Shown here: piece by piece, positions 10,635 through 20,612 of the stretch
Numbering within the stretch: the stretch's first letter is position 1
Layout of the letters: every line of letters begins with the position of its first letter
NCBI GenBank assembly: GCA_030141605.1
Contig: JAQGDQ010000032.1
Coordinates: forward strand, 1 to 64,000
DNA: 64,000 nt
Reading direction: 5' to 3'
Source of the DNA: Tubiluchus corallicola
Taxonomy: Eukaryota; Animalia; Priapulida
Translations under genes and position numbers: made by a program
Notes under the pieces: generated by a model
What the model was told of the DNA's origin: nothing
What the model saw: only the letters and a program-made list of their open reading frames with translations
Database searches by the model: none

Positions 10635-10879
10635 CTGTAACATAATTATCATGAACATCATTACTCTTATGATAGATGGACTTCAAGTGGGTCATTTCTT
10701 TCATATCTATCATATCTATGGTAATCAAAACAAAATAAACACCAACAAATTTTCAGTGTTTCTATACGATCATATGTGTGTAAGCAAACTGTCAATGTCG
10801 CAATTAGCAAACTAAAGTTTTATAATTATTCAGTACAATAAACAAGAAGCGCTTGCAAATATACAGAAACTTGACTCAC
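10635..10879 (-). other. Predicted 5'-UTR intron of GPCR2 (245 nt)
   Basis: GTGAGT donor at 10879 and TGTTACAG acceptor ending at 10635, 14 nt before the ATG. The same acceptor and spacing occur in all three paralogs. Confidence 0.7.
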
Positions 10880-11650
10880 CCTTATAAGTAAAGAATTCAC
10901 TGCCTCATACATACAGCCAACTAAGGCTTCAGGTGCGTTATCTGTAATTTGTTTGCATGTTGTACATTGTCCCATGTTTTATTGCAGTTTATCTTTCTAG
11001 TGTGATCAATTAACATAATTATGGTAAGCATCATATCTCAAATAATAGGACAGCTAAATTGTTTTAACAAGTTAAGTAAGAATGATAGTAACAAAAGTAG
11101 CTTTTGCTTTTACCTAACAAAGTAAATATCGCCTTATTTGATTTAGGCTATGGGAAAGTGGTACACACATTAACAACAAGGGCAACAATGATGGTGAGAG
11201 TGACACCTATGGATGGCAATGATGTGGCAATTAAAACATAGTATTTGCTAACGATGAAAGATATGATAGACAAAAGAGTAGTAAACAAAGATGAGAAGAA
11301 CGCAAATAATGGCACTGGCAAATAATAGTGAATATGTGCGTGCAGAAGACAGTGCAAAACAGATGTCCGTAATATGTCTAAGAACAACATGCAGAAGCAG
11401 CCAACCATTAGTCTATACTTTTCGTTATGTTAGCAACTTTGTGTCACGGCCTTGATCTAGAATTGATGACATGTAGCTGAAGGCAGAACTATGTTTGTTT
11501 TCACACTCTGTATTAAAGGGAATGTAAGCACTTCATAAAGTAAGGCTTAAATTAATGTCCTGATAGTGTAAGTAAAAGTGCATACCTTTTCATTGAATTT
11601 AAGGCATTATTAAGTTGGAAGCAGTGACTGAACTTCCAAATTTCTTGTAG

Positions 11651-11718
11651 AAGTCGTAGAACTAGATGCCTGTGGTAGGGTGCGTCTATTTGATGTTATT
11701 CTTGATAAGAACTCTCAG
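11651..11718 (+). pseudogene. Candidate host-gene exon (EVVELDACGRVRLFDVILDKNSQ)
   Basis: TTTCTTGTAG acceptor, GTGAGG donor and an open frame. Its phase-0 end is compatible with the phase-0 exon EQFLKLYINSADHTK at 13829-13874. Confidence 0.45.
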
Positions 11719-13528
11719 GTGAGGAAACATATTGGTCTATCGCTCCGCCCCCGCTGCAACGTAAGCACGCTAAGCAGCATTCGGGACAACAGCTCACGCA
11801 GGACAATAACTGTCTAAGCTAGACTAAACTAAACTAAACAACATGACAGTCACAACTAATGTTTAATCAGCAGACAAACTGATTGTTCTTTTTCATAAAC
11901 ACAAATTTGCAGAGCAGCAGCTATTTTAACATAAAATCAACACTTCAAGTAGCCAAAAAATGACTTTTCAATTTAAACAGAATGTAGAGACGAAGTTTCA
12001 AAGCACTACAAAATACAGAGACATAAATATAATAAAGAAACTAAGCCAGTTAGCCTTGCTTTACAATAAATGAGCAACAAAAATATTAAGTTTTTCTTGC
12101 CTTTAAGCATACGAACAGCAAGCCTGCGATGTAATTTTCAATATTAATGAATCATGTGCTCGTCTGCAGGATTTATTAAGTTTTTGTATTTTTCCGTTTG
12201 TCAAGCTGCAGAAATGTAATAAATTTGACTGTTACATTCCATAGACGACCCTTATATTGAATGCCCGAGTCACATAAATCCCAATGGTATCTTTTAACCT
12301 TGATTATAACCAGAAAAACAGCGTTAAATTAGCTAATATTATATTGATGTACAACATAAGTTTTGACCATATTTGAATTAATTTTGACTGTGAAGATCTC
12401 ATTAAGGTTTATAAAAACTGGCCAGAAAAGAAAACATTTTGTTTTGTCCTTATTTAAAGTTAATCAAATAGTTGTTTTTATCTAACTTTCAAAGCTATAA
12501 AGTAAACTAAACTGCGTATTTTTTTGATTACAAAATGGTTTAATCAGCAACTCATAGACATAAGCGTTGTGCATTTCTTCCTATAAACGAAACTAGACTA
12601 TATATTTCCACCAATGCACTTGCAATTTCAATTGACAATAATAAAATCTAGAACCAGGCTAATATTTCTTCTGCTAACTAATGAAAAGTTGAGCATTTTT
12701 CATAACAGTGTTAGACGGAGCTGTACCTAAATGTCCCGAACTTACCTGCTGCAGGGGTGTGTGAAATAACTTGCACGCTGATTAGGCTGAAAATGATTGA
12801 CATTATGTTAGACGTCAATTTCATATGACTTAGGACAAATGTCCAAATAAAGCTACGCAAATAAACAGTGAAAGAAGGATTTCGAGGGAAGACAGTATTA
12901 TTAAGAGGGATCCTGGAAAACACCTACCATAAAAGTAACAGCGAAGACTGAACAGAAAGAGTTGAAACAGAGAAATGTATAATATGGAAATGGCAAGTAA
13001 AATCGATAAACGTCTTCTCTGCATTAAAATGCACATCAGTCGTGACCAGTGTCAGTGCCAATTCAATATCAATTTTAAACATTTTAGGCGTTTGTAGATG
13101 GTAATTATACAGTAGGGTGGCAAGCGGTATGCTTTATATTCTGTCTTTTTTAACAGAATATATGTTATAATACATAAATCTAGTTTCGTATGGTAGGCTA
13201 TAGTCTATATATTCAGTTGCTCAAATCACCAGAATGATTGCAGCTTTTCTGCTGCTTATTTCACAAAGTTTAAAAATCTCCATACCATCATACGCTGATA
13301 CTTTTTAAATCTAAACTTGTTGTTATGCTGTTTGTGGAATGTGCGTGTAACGAGCTACAAAGTAATTCGCCAAAAAATCCTATCCCTGGACGTCCTAATT
13401 GTTCCATTTGTTAGTTCTTTTGACTTTTATAGGCTTTGTGGGTTCCTCTTTGCTAATATTTTGCAAAAACTTCATCACTTCATCATTCATCATATCAACA
13501 CACAATCTTTTTTTCAATTTACGTAAAG

Positions 13529-13681
13529 TGGGAATACTGACTTTTTATGTGATGGTTTTACGAAGTTAATACAAGATGGTGACTTATGGTTCAGCAAAGG
13601 AATGGCAAACAACGGTTCTTCATTATGACAATGTGGACAATATCACCTGTGTGGCAGAAGGAAATCTTTCTTGTTAATAAG
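13529..13681 (+). pseudogene. JmjC catalytic (HxD) exon, copy B, frameshifted
   Basis: Reads FLCDGFTKLIQDGDLWFSKGMA/TTVLHYDNVDNITCVA/KEIFLVNK, then a GTTAGT donor. It has a 1-nt insertion and an 8-nt deletion relative to copy C. Confidence 0.85.
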
Positions 13682-13790
13682 GTTAGTTTATGATTAAAGA
13701 AAAGTAAAATTCAAATATTTTAATTGATATATAGTTAACAGCATAGTTAATTATAATGAATAATACAATTATAATAATTGTACTCAGTTA

Positions 13791-14640
13791 TTTCGGTATG
13801 AATGTGATTCCTTTAAATGCTTCACCAGGAACAGTTTTTAAAGCTTTATATTAACAGTGCAGATCATACTAAAAGTTTGGTTTTTGCTTTATTGGCCATT
13901 CTTTGCCATTCATATAAATTAAATTTGAGTAAATATTTGTGTCCTAAATGGGGATTTGTCAGCTTTCTGAGATTTGTCAGTAGCACTGCATCAGAGTAAA
14001 AACAAGTCTGCTAAATTCTGTGCTGCTGGTTAGTGTTTGCCTTCAGATTTTCCCTAAATAACCATAGTGTTGGGGTTTACATTTACATTAGATGCTTTTT
14101 CATTTCAGGTTTTTAGCTTCCTGTATTTGAATGAAGATGGCAGCATCTGTTGGCGAGAGTTGTACGATGTGAGCGCAGGCAGCTTCATCATGTTGTTTTC
14201 AATGAATTTATAACTCATCTCGCACAGAGAGCATTTTATTTTTATTAATTTCATATGTTATCATGTTTCAGTCTGCATTCAGTGACGCTCAAAATGTCTA
14301 AGGAAGTACTACATTTCAGAAATTAATTTTCCTTAATTTAAAATGTTTATTATTAAATGTTAACAGTACTAGTTAATATTTGCTCAACAAACAAAAGTTA
14401 ACAATAACAATGAAAGCGTTAGAGGTACGGAAGCAGTTCTTTTCTTCAGGTTTTAACACACAAAAACGTTTTTAAGTTCTATGAATTATTTACTAGTGTT
14501 TACTATAGTTTTTACCAGTTTTCATAAAAGAATCTGAGTTCTTGTTATTTTTAAAGTGAATCTTTTTATACCTATCATTGTTGTTAGTAATACCAGTCTT
14601 TCAAAGTGAATTTCTAGCACACTGGGACGTGTTTGAATTC
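13791..14640 (+). repeat. Segmental direct duplication, partner at ~20215-21065
   Basis: About 850 bp of collinear high similarity (e.g. cctaaatgggg, aaataaccatagtgttggggttta, gtacgatgtgagcgcaggcagcttcatcatgttgtttt). It contains several small plus-strand pseudo-exons. Confidence 0.92.
14109..14168 (+). pseudogene. EF-hand exon (VFSFLYLNEDGSICWRELYD), copy 1
   Basis: TTTCAG acceptor, GTGAGC donor, 60 nt, phase 0/0. It carries the x-x-N-x-D-G-x-I-x-x-x-E EF-loop pattern, with Tyr at the position normally held by Asp. Confidence 0.7.
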
Positions 14641-14889
14641 TCTCAATTAAATTGTCATGTCTTGATCATATAATATATTAATAATAAGAGCTTATTCAGG
14701 ACTTAGTCTGGAATAAGACCTAGGGCAACGTACTTTCAAGGTCCCATTTATATATTACGAGCAAGCCTATTCGATAGATCCGCGTGCTGTTTAGAATGTA
14801 ATCCATGGATAAGTTACCACATAACACTTACAGTAACTTGACACTAGTTTCCAAGGTATTATTGGAAACATTTAATATAGTCCCATTTA

Positions 14890-15027
14890 TTATTATCCAC
14901 GGGTGCCTTCATGATAAATCCTCGTGCATGGTCGAAAAATCAGCGGTAGGTTTTTTAAGTCTTTGATTTGACTTGGTCTGGAATTAGCTCCACGACCACC
15001 TGCCAATTGGTATCATTGAGCTATACC
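14890..15027 (-). mobile_element. Degenerate tRNA-derived SINE, probably related to the copy at 48262
   Basis: The minus strand begins GGTATAGCTCAATG (A-box-like) and contains GTCAAATCAAAGACTTAAAAA, similar to the GTAAAACCACAGACTTTAAAAA core at ~48331. Confidence 0.5.
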
Positions 15028-15290
15028 TCTCCCAGTCGGGAACCATTAGTCTCCATAACAGGAAGATCGGCCCGAAGTTTATCCAAGTTTGTGAGTGCCT
15101 TTCTTGTGTCATTTTTGCAGGTTTGGATAATTAAATAGTGTTTGTTGAGAACTGAATCTTATGTAGCATAAAAAGAATTGTATTAGGGTTAAAAGAAAAT
15201 GTGCAAGAAAGTTCGATCAGGACACTCATTGTTATAAGTTTCACATCTCATGCAAATGTATTATGGCCAACCTGAAACATTATAAGAAAC

Positions 15291-15386
15291 AGCAAAGGAA
15301 AGGCAACATCGATTCTTCACTATGACAATGTGGACAATATCACCTGTGTGGCAGATGGGCAGAAGGAAATCTTTCTTTTTGATAAG
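15291..15386 (+). pseudogene. JmjC catalytic (HxD) exon, copy C, 5'-truncated but open
   Basis: Reads SKGKATSILHYDNVDNITCVADGQKEIFLFDK, then a GTTAAT donor. The 5' part of the exon present in copies A and B is missing. Confidence 0.85.
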
Positions 15387-16958
15387 GTTAATTTATGATT
15401 AAAAAAACTAAAATTCAAATACTTTAATAGATGTATAATTTAAAGCATAGCTGCCTACATATATACTTTGAAGAATCTAATTATAGGCGTATATATTTCT
15501 TGTACAGTATTGTACACTTCCCACCCACATACAAAAAATTATGGACCTAGCCCAAAAACTGTAGGAGATCCAGCCTAACGAGAAAAGAAGAACTTCCGCT
15601 CCATGACCTTTGACCCTGGGGAAGCGGGAAATACAGAAATCCCACTACCTGGGAAACGTACTCTGTGTTTTGTGACCCTAATCTCGTGCTTGCGTTAATA
15701 ATTAAAGAAACAAAAAGGTACAAATAAATAAATAATAATAATAGTAGTAAATAAAAGTTAAAAGTGTGAGTAAGTCAAGAAGAAAACATTTCCTATTAAA
15801 ATGCATTATAGCAATGGTCACAGTACTATACACCAACAAATCTAAACAAAATACAAGAAGCATATCTTACATAATAGCCCAGCAATAGTATGAGGATTCT
15901 TCACTTAAAAGAAAGCAGGATGATTTTATACGTAAAAGAATACATTTTTAACGCCATAATAATGCTAAAGTCTTTCTCGTAACTAAATAATAGCTCGAAA
16001 CTTAATTAATGGCCAGAGAGCGCAGCCAGCATTGGCATCACAACTGAACATAATTATTGTCAACAGCACAAACATTTCACGAACGAGATGTGTTGTACGC
16101 GTTTACGAAACTGAAGTAAAGTGCTGCTGTACAGCAATGGTACACAAATCTTTGACTATGGCAAAATTTTAAGTTTTAAAATTTAAATTTGAAGTTTACC
16201 AATGTGCTTACGCATGAGCTCTCAAATGTGCGTGCTACATCACGGCTGAACCACATCTGAACTGGAACGCACAGCGCCCTTTAAATGTGCAACACGTTTC
16301 CAAGATGCAGATGCTAGTGCCCATCTGACTAACGAATGGCAAAATGCATGTAACAGCGAAGAACTAGCCCTGCAAATGCAAAATTTGAGTTCTGCAGTAA
16401 TAATACTTTCATTTGAGTCATTATTAAAAAACGATATGTTTCTTTTCAATATTTTATAGATTAGATTGTTTTGAGCTATAGTTTAAGATTCGGTCCTGTT
16501 TTTCTTTAACATTGCCGGCTAAGAATAGATGTAAGGCCCGAGAGATCAATAGACACCTGTTAATTGAAAACACATTTCACACAAATGCAACAAAAAAGCA
16601 CAACACAAGTTAACTTCATCAGTGGTATAACTAAAAATCCAATGTTTGAAATTTGAATTTTGACAACTGGATATATAAAGTCACAGTGTTATTTTTTGCA
16701 AATTGTGTTACTACAGTAATAACATTTCAATAAATAGTAACTTTCTACTTTTTAGTAAAGAAAATACCTAAGAAAATGTAACATAAATGTAAACAGTAAA
16801 ACATGTAAAATTTTTAACTGATGTGACACAAACATTGCAGATTTTTATGCTTTTAGTTAATGTTGTTTCATTTTATGCAGCGTTCTACTGGAACGCATTA
16901 CCATTGTTAAGCGAGATCTCACTATTGCTATTGTATAATAGCTGGTCAATAAGAATTT

Positions 16959-17951
16959 TCAATTGGTGATTACTTCAAACCTATTTATAGCATTTGCACT
17001 TGGCTCACATTCGTTTTGCCAAGAGTGGCAGTACAGTAAGCGTTTACAACCTGATCTAAACTCTTTGTATCGCATAGTGTAAATGAGAGGGTTGGTGAGT
17101 GAGTTGCTTATCATTAAAGGTCCCGCACGAGATATTGGCCATTTCTCAAATCCATGATATGCATTGATTGGTAGTGTAAGACTAACTGGTAGCCAGAATA
17201 TAATTAATGATATAACCAGCAGTAAAATTGTTGTTGCAACTTTCATTTCATTTTTGAAAGAAACATATGAAGTGCTTGGTTCCTGGTTTGCTTGAGCAGC
17301 AATTGCTCGAATTTGATGGCGTGCTACAATAAATATCCTTAAGTACAGGCATATAATAATGCAGAGAGGCAAGAAAAATATTGTTGTTACCAGCATAACA
17401 GTATAAGCAAACGTGTACACTTTGTAAATCGCACATAAGGTAAATTCCTTATTTGCAGTTCCTACCCCTGTGAGTGGCATCAAGGTAATTACAGCAGCAT
17501 ACATGACAATTGATACCATTGTAACTAAGGCCTTTCTTTTAGAAACATATTGATAGTGAAATGGATGAACTATAGCTACATATTGATCAACTGCTACAGC
17601 AAGCAAAGAAAATGCTGACACGATGGCAGAAAATGGCATAACTGATATTGACCACAGACAGAAGTTTTTGCTGGTATCAACTCTCAGGCCCAAGTAGTGA
17701 ATGAATGTGAACATTATATACAATAGTGAAATGATGACATCTGATGCCGCCAGTAGTGACAAGAAGAAGTATTTGATGTCTTTGAAACTGGCGTGTCTGC
17801 CATTGAAGAATACTGCAAGAACTAAGCTGTTGAGGACTACCACCATTCCTGAGAGAAGGCATCTTAGCACAACACCTTTCATATCCCAGACTTGCAAATC
17901 AGATGTGTTTGTCTCATTACATTCTGCTACCTCAGGTTTAGTGCAATTCAT
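16959..17951 (-). CDS. Class A orphan GPCR, paralog 3, 330 aa
   Basis: 7TM with LAASD, DQY, FWLP, NSLTNPLIY and FRSGC helix 8. Uninterrupted ORF. Confidence 0.93.
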   Translation of the reverse strand: MNCTKPEVAECNETNTSDLQVWDMKGVVLRCLLSGMVVVLNSLVLAVFFNGRHASFKDIKYFFLSLLAASDVIISLLYIMFTFIHYLGLRVDTSKNFCLWSISVMPFSAIVSAFSLLAVAVDQYVAIVHPFHYQYVSKRKALVTMVSIVMYAAVITLMPLTGVGTANKEFTLCAIYKVYTFAYTVMLVTTIFFLPLCIIICLYLRIFIVARHQIRAIAAQANQEPSTSYVSFKNEMKVATTILLLVISLIIFWLPVSLTLPINAYHGFEKWPISRAGPLMISNSLTNPLIYTMRYKEFRSGCKRLLYCHSWQNECEPSANAINRFEVITN

Positions 17952-17965
17952 CTTTCTAGTATGTT

Positions 17966-18200
17966 CTGTAACATAATTACAAATATCATCAGTAATTAAA
18001 TCTTAAGCCATAGCCAACAAGTTTTCAATGTACGTGTTTGAAATTGTTAGTCTTGGCATTTAACATCGTTTACTTTCTTTTATCAAAATTTGGTAGTAGC
18101 GTAATGGACATAGAAAATTGTAAAAGCTATTTACAAGCGAAAAGTGAAAAGAGTTTGCCTTTTAAGTATATTAAACGAAAAAAATACTTGTTATACTCAC
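17966..18200 (-). other. Predicted 5'-UTR intron of GPCR3 (235 nt)
   Basis: GTGAGT donor at 18200 and TGTTACAG acceptor 14 nt before the ATG. The upstream exon shares tttgcatg..cattgtccca.gtttt with 10880-10980. Confidence 0.7.
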
Positions 18201-18712
18201 CTCTGTGTATCATGTGAGAATCTGTTTTTGAGTGACTAAAATGCAAACGTACTGTCTCTGTATACAACCTGTCAAAGCTACTGATGGATTATGTGTCATT
18301 TATTTGCATGCCTTGCATTGTCCCAAGTTTTAATACCTGCCGTTCAGTTGCATGCCTTACATTGTAATGCACCTTTAATGTCTGCCTTTCAGTAGTCAGG
18401 AGCACATTATCCCGTGCTTACTTGTAATCTTCTTAATTGAGTTGTCATGTCTTAATCTTGGAACCATTAGTTTCCATAGAAAATAAACTTGTATAAATAA
18501 GTTTGCCTCGTTTTAAGCAGCTGTGTTGGACAAGCTGAAATATTATAAATCCATGACAGTTGGGATGCAAGTTATGGCATCGTAGCTTTGACACACAAGG
18601 TGGGCACGTGGCTAGCCCATTGCTCATTTTAGGCTGAGTAGACCTAGGAAGGCAGTCAGAAAAAGGGACAGGAAAATTTGAGTGCAGAAAAATTGTTCAT
18701 GGCCATTTAGGA

Positions 18713-18886
18713 ACCAGACACGAATTCAGGTAAAAGAGTCACAGAAAAAAGGCACAGGAAAAAAGAAATAACCTTAATCCAACAAAAATTAATTGTGACT
18801 TTTTTCCTGTAAATTTTTTCCCAGTCAAAATTGTAACTTTTTCCCGTGGCTTTTTCCTGTGACTTTATTACGGTTACACCAGACAC
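18713..18886. mobile_element. Foldback-type MITE with repeated CACAGGAAAAAA / TTTTTCCTGTG motifs
   Basis: Inverted arrays of the motif on the left and right, flanked by a 9-bp direct repeat ACCAGACAC (18713-18721 and 18878-18886) that may be a target-site duplication. Confidence 0.6.
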
Positions 18887-20553
18887 TTGACTCGTAAGAA
18901 TGAATTAAAGAACTCGTAAGAACACGTTACTTTTGTATAGTGCCCTCCCGTGCTATATGGTTGTAGTACAAAATTTTACGAATCACCCTGCCTAGTTGTC
19001 TAACATTGAGAGAATCATCATCCACTGTCTGGTTAATATGAAACTCTTAAAATGGCTTGAGTTTTTTGGAAGAAAATTAATTATTTTTGTGAGTAAAATC
19101 TTGTAAATAAAACTGGGACAACTCGCTACAGCCTGTGTTCTTCTGCTGCTGAGCTCTTAATATTATCTTGCATTTCACAATTGGCGTAATTTAATAATAT
19201 ATATTAAAAGTTTATTGTTAATCTTGATATTGATAATATACATTATTTGGCTCATTATTTGATCCGGTCGCTTTCCAGTTGGCAGGTAGTATAAACAACT
19301 AAACAATGCATTGTACGTTGGTTTCTTTTATAGCACGCCCAGCATTAAAGGATTTTGTATAGTGGACTGTGAAGTCAGCAGCCTAATCAGTCGGTCATAA
19401 TCATTCTTGGTGGCAGTACTATTTCTGAAAGAATTTTTGTGAAGTGATTTTAAAATTATCTCTTGACATTTTGTTGTTATTTGTTTGGGATCATTGTCAC
19501 CGTGACAACTGGCTTACTTCGTCACTGACAGTGCACAATTATATCTAAGGTCGCTTTTGTATCATCTTTTTATCTTGTTTCTCTCTTACTGTATCCACAC
19601 TATCCTAGTCTATAAAATTTCAATTTTGTTATTTGGTCTTGTCTGCCTCACAAAAATTGTTATGATGTGATAAATGTGATCACTTATGGGCTCCTGGATG
19701 TTAACTGATATGACCTAAGTAAAATATGCTTTGCTTTATCTAGCACTTAAGTTCTCGTGTTGATAGTATAGTATGTTATCCAGCATTTAATTAAAGCTAT
19801 AGTGGTTTGTTAAAGACATCAATTTTTTCCATCTAAGTGATTTGGGGATACTGATGCCCCTTTTATTGAGTTTACTGTTTACTGAGCAGAGTTATTGTTG
19901 GCTACTCAGCACATATAAACACTCAGCAAACATATTCATATTATGATATTTTATATTTTCTGTTTGCTCTGTTTTTAGAGTCGATCTTTTTTTGGCAGCT
20001 GAAAATTAGATGCAGTATTACGTATAATTATTTTTTCAGCAGAAAAGCTAAAAATATTAGGTGTTTACATGTTCTTACTGTCACTAGCTATTTAAACAGT
20101 AATGTGTGCATTTTTATTGCCTGGAAACGAGATATCAGCGCTCCATTACCCCTTAATGTTTAAAAATTTGTTCATTATATGTATAGTTTCTATTTTGCAT
20201 TTGGTATTCATTTATTTCGGTACGAATGTGTACATTTTGTACGAATGTGATTCCTTTAAATACTTCAACAGGAACAGTTTTTGAAACTTTATATTAACAG
20301 TGTAGATCATACTAAAATTTTGGTTCTTTGCTTTATTTGACATTCATTATTGCCATTTATATAAATTAAATTTGAGTAAGTATTTTCGTCCTAAATGGGG
20401 CTTTCTAAGATTTGTCAGCAGCACAGCATCAAAGTAAAAAACAAGTCTGCAAAATTTTATACTGCTGGTTGGTGTTTGCCTTCAAATTTTCTGTAAATAA
20501 CCATAGTGTTGGGGTTTAGATTTACATCAACATTAGATGCTTTTTCATTTCAG

Positions 20554-20612
20554 GTTTTTACTTCCTATATTTGAATGAAGATGGCAGCACCAGTTGGCGT
20601 GAATTGTACGAT
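20554..20612 (+). pseudogene. EF-hand exon, copy 2 (1-nt deletion)
   Basis: Same splice sites as 14109-14168. It is 59 nt long and reads ..FLYLNEDGSTSWRELYD after the frameshift. Confidence 0.7.

Noticed and set aside
10621-10728. 36-aa N-terminal extension of GPCR2 in the ORF track
   Set aside because: It is absent in the paralogs and runs through the conserved TGTTACAG acceptor into the predicted 5'-UTR intron.
4830-11408. Hydrophobic minus-strand ORFs 4830-5030 and 11148-11408 as small membrane proteins
   Set aside because: They are the reverse complement of a purine-rich duplicated segment. Frame and length are not conserved between the copies, and the segment is better explained as a decayed plus-strand exon.
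15604-15616. DR1 element TGACCTtTGACCC near GPCR3
   Set aside because: It lies in an apparent insertion with repeat-like character, and this word is common in invertebrate repeats. Not counted as regulatory evidence.
4288-17976. Similar plus-strand ORFs at 4288-4611, 10292-10645, 17701-17976 and 6156-6377
   Set aside because: They are antisense shadows of the GPCR TM1-TM3 coding region, and their similarity follows from GPCR paralogy. The 6156 one is the shadow of the pseudogene.
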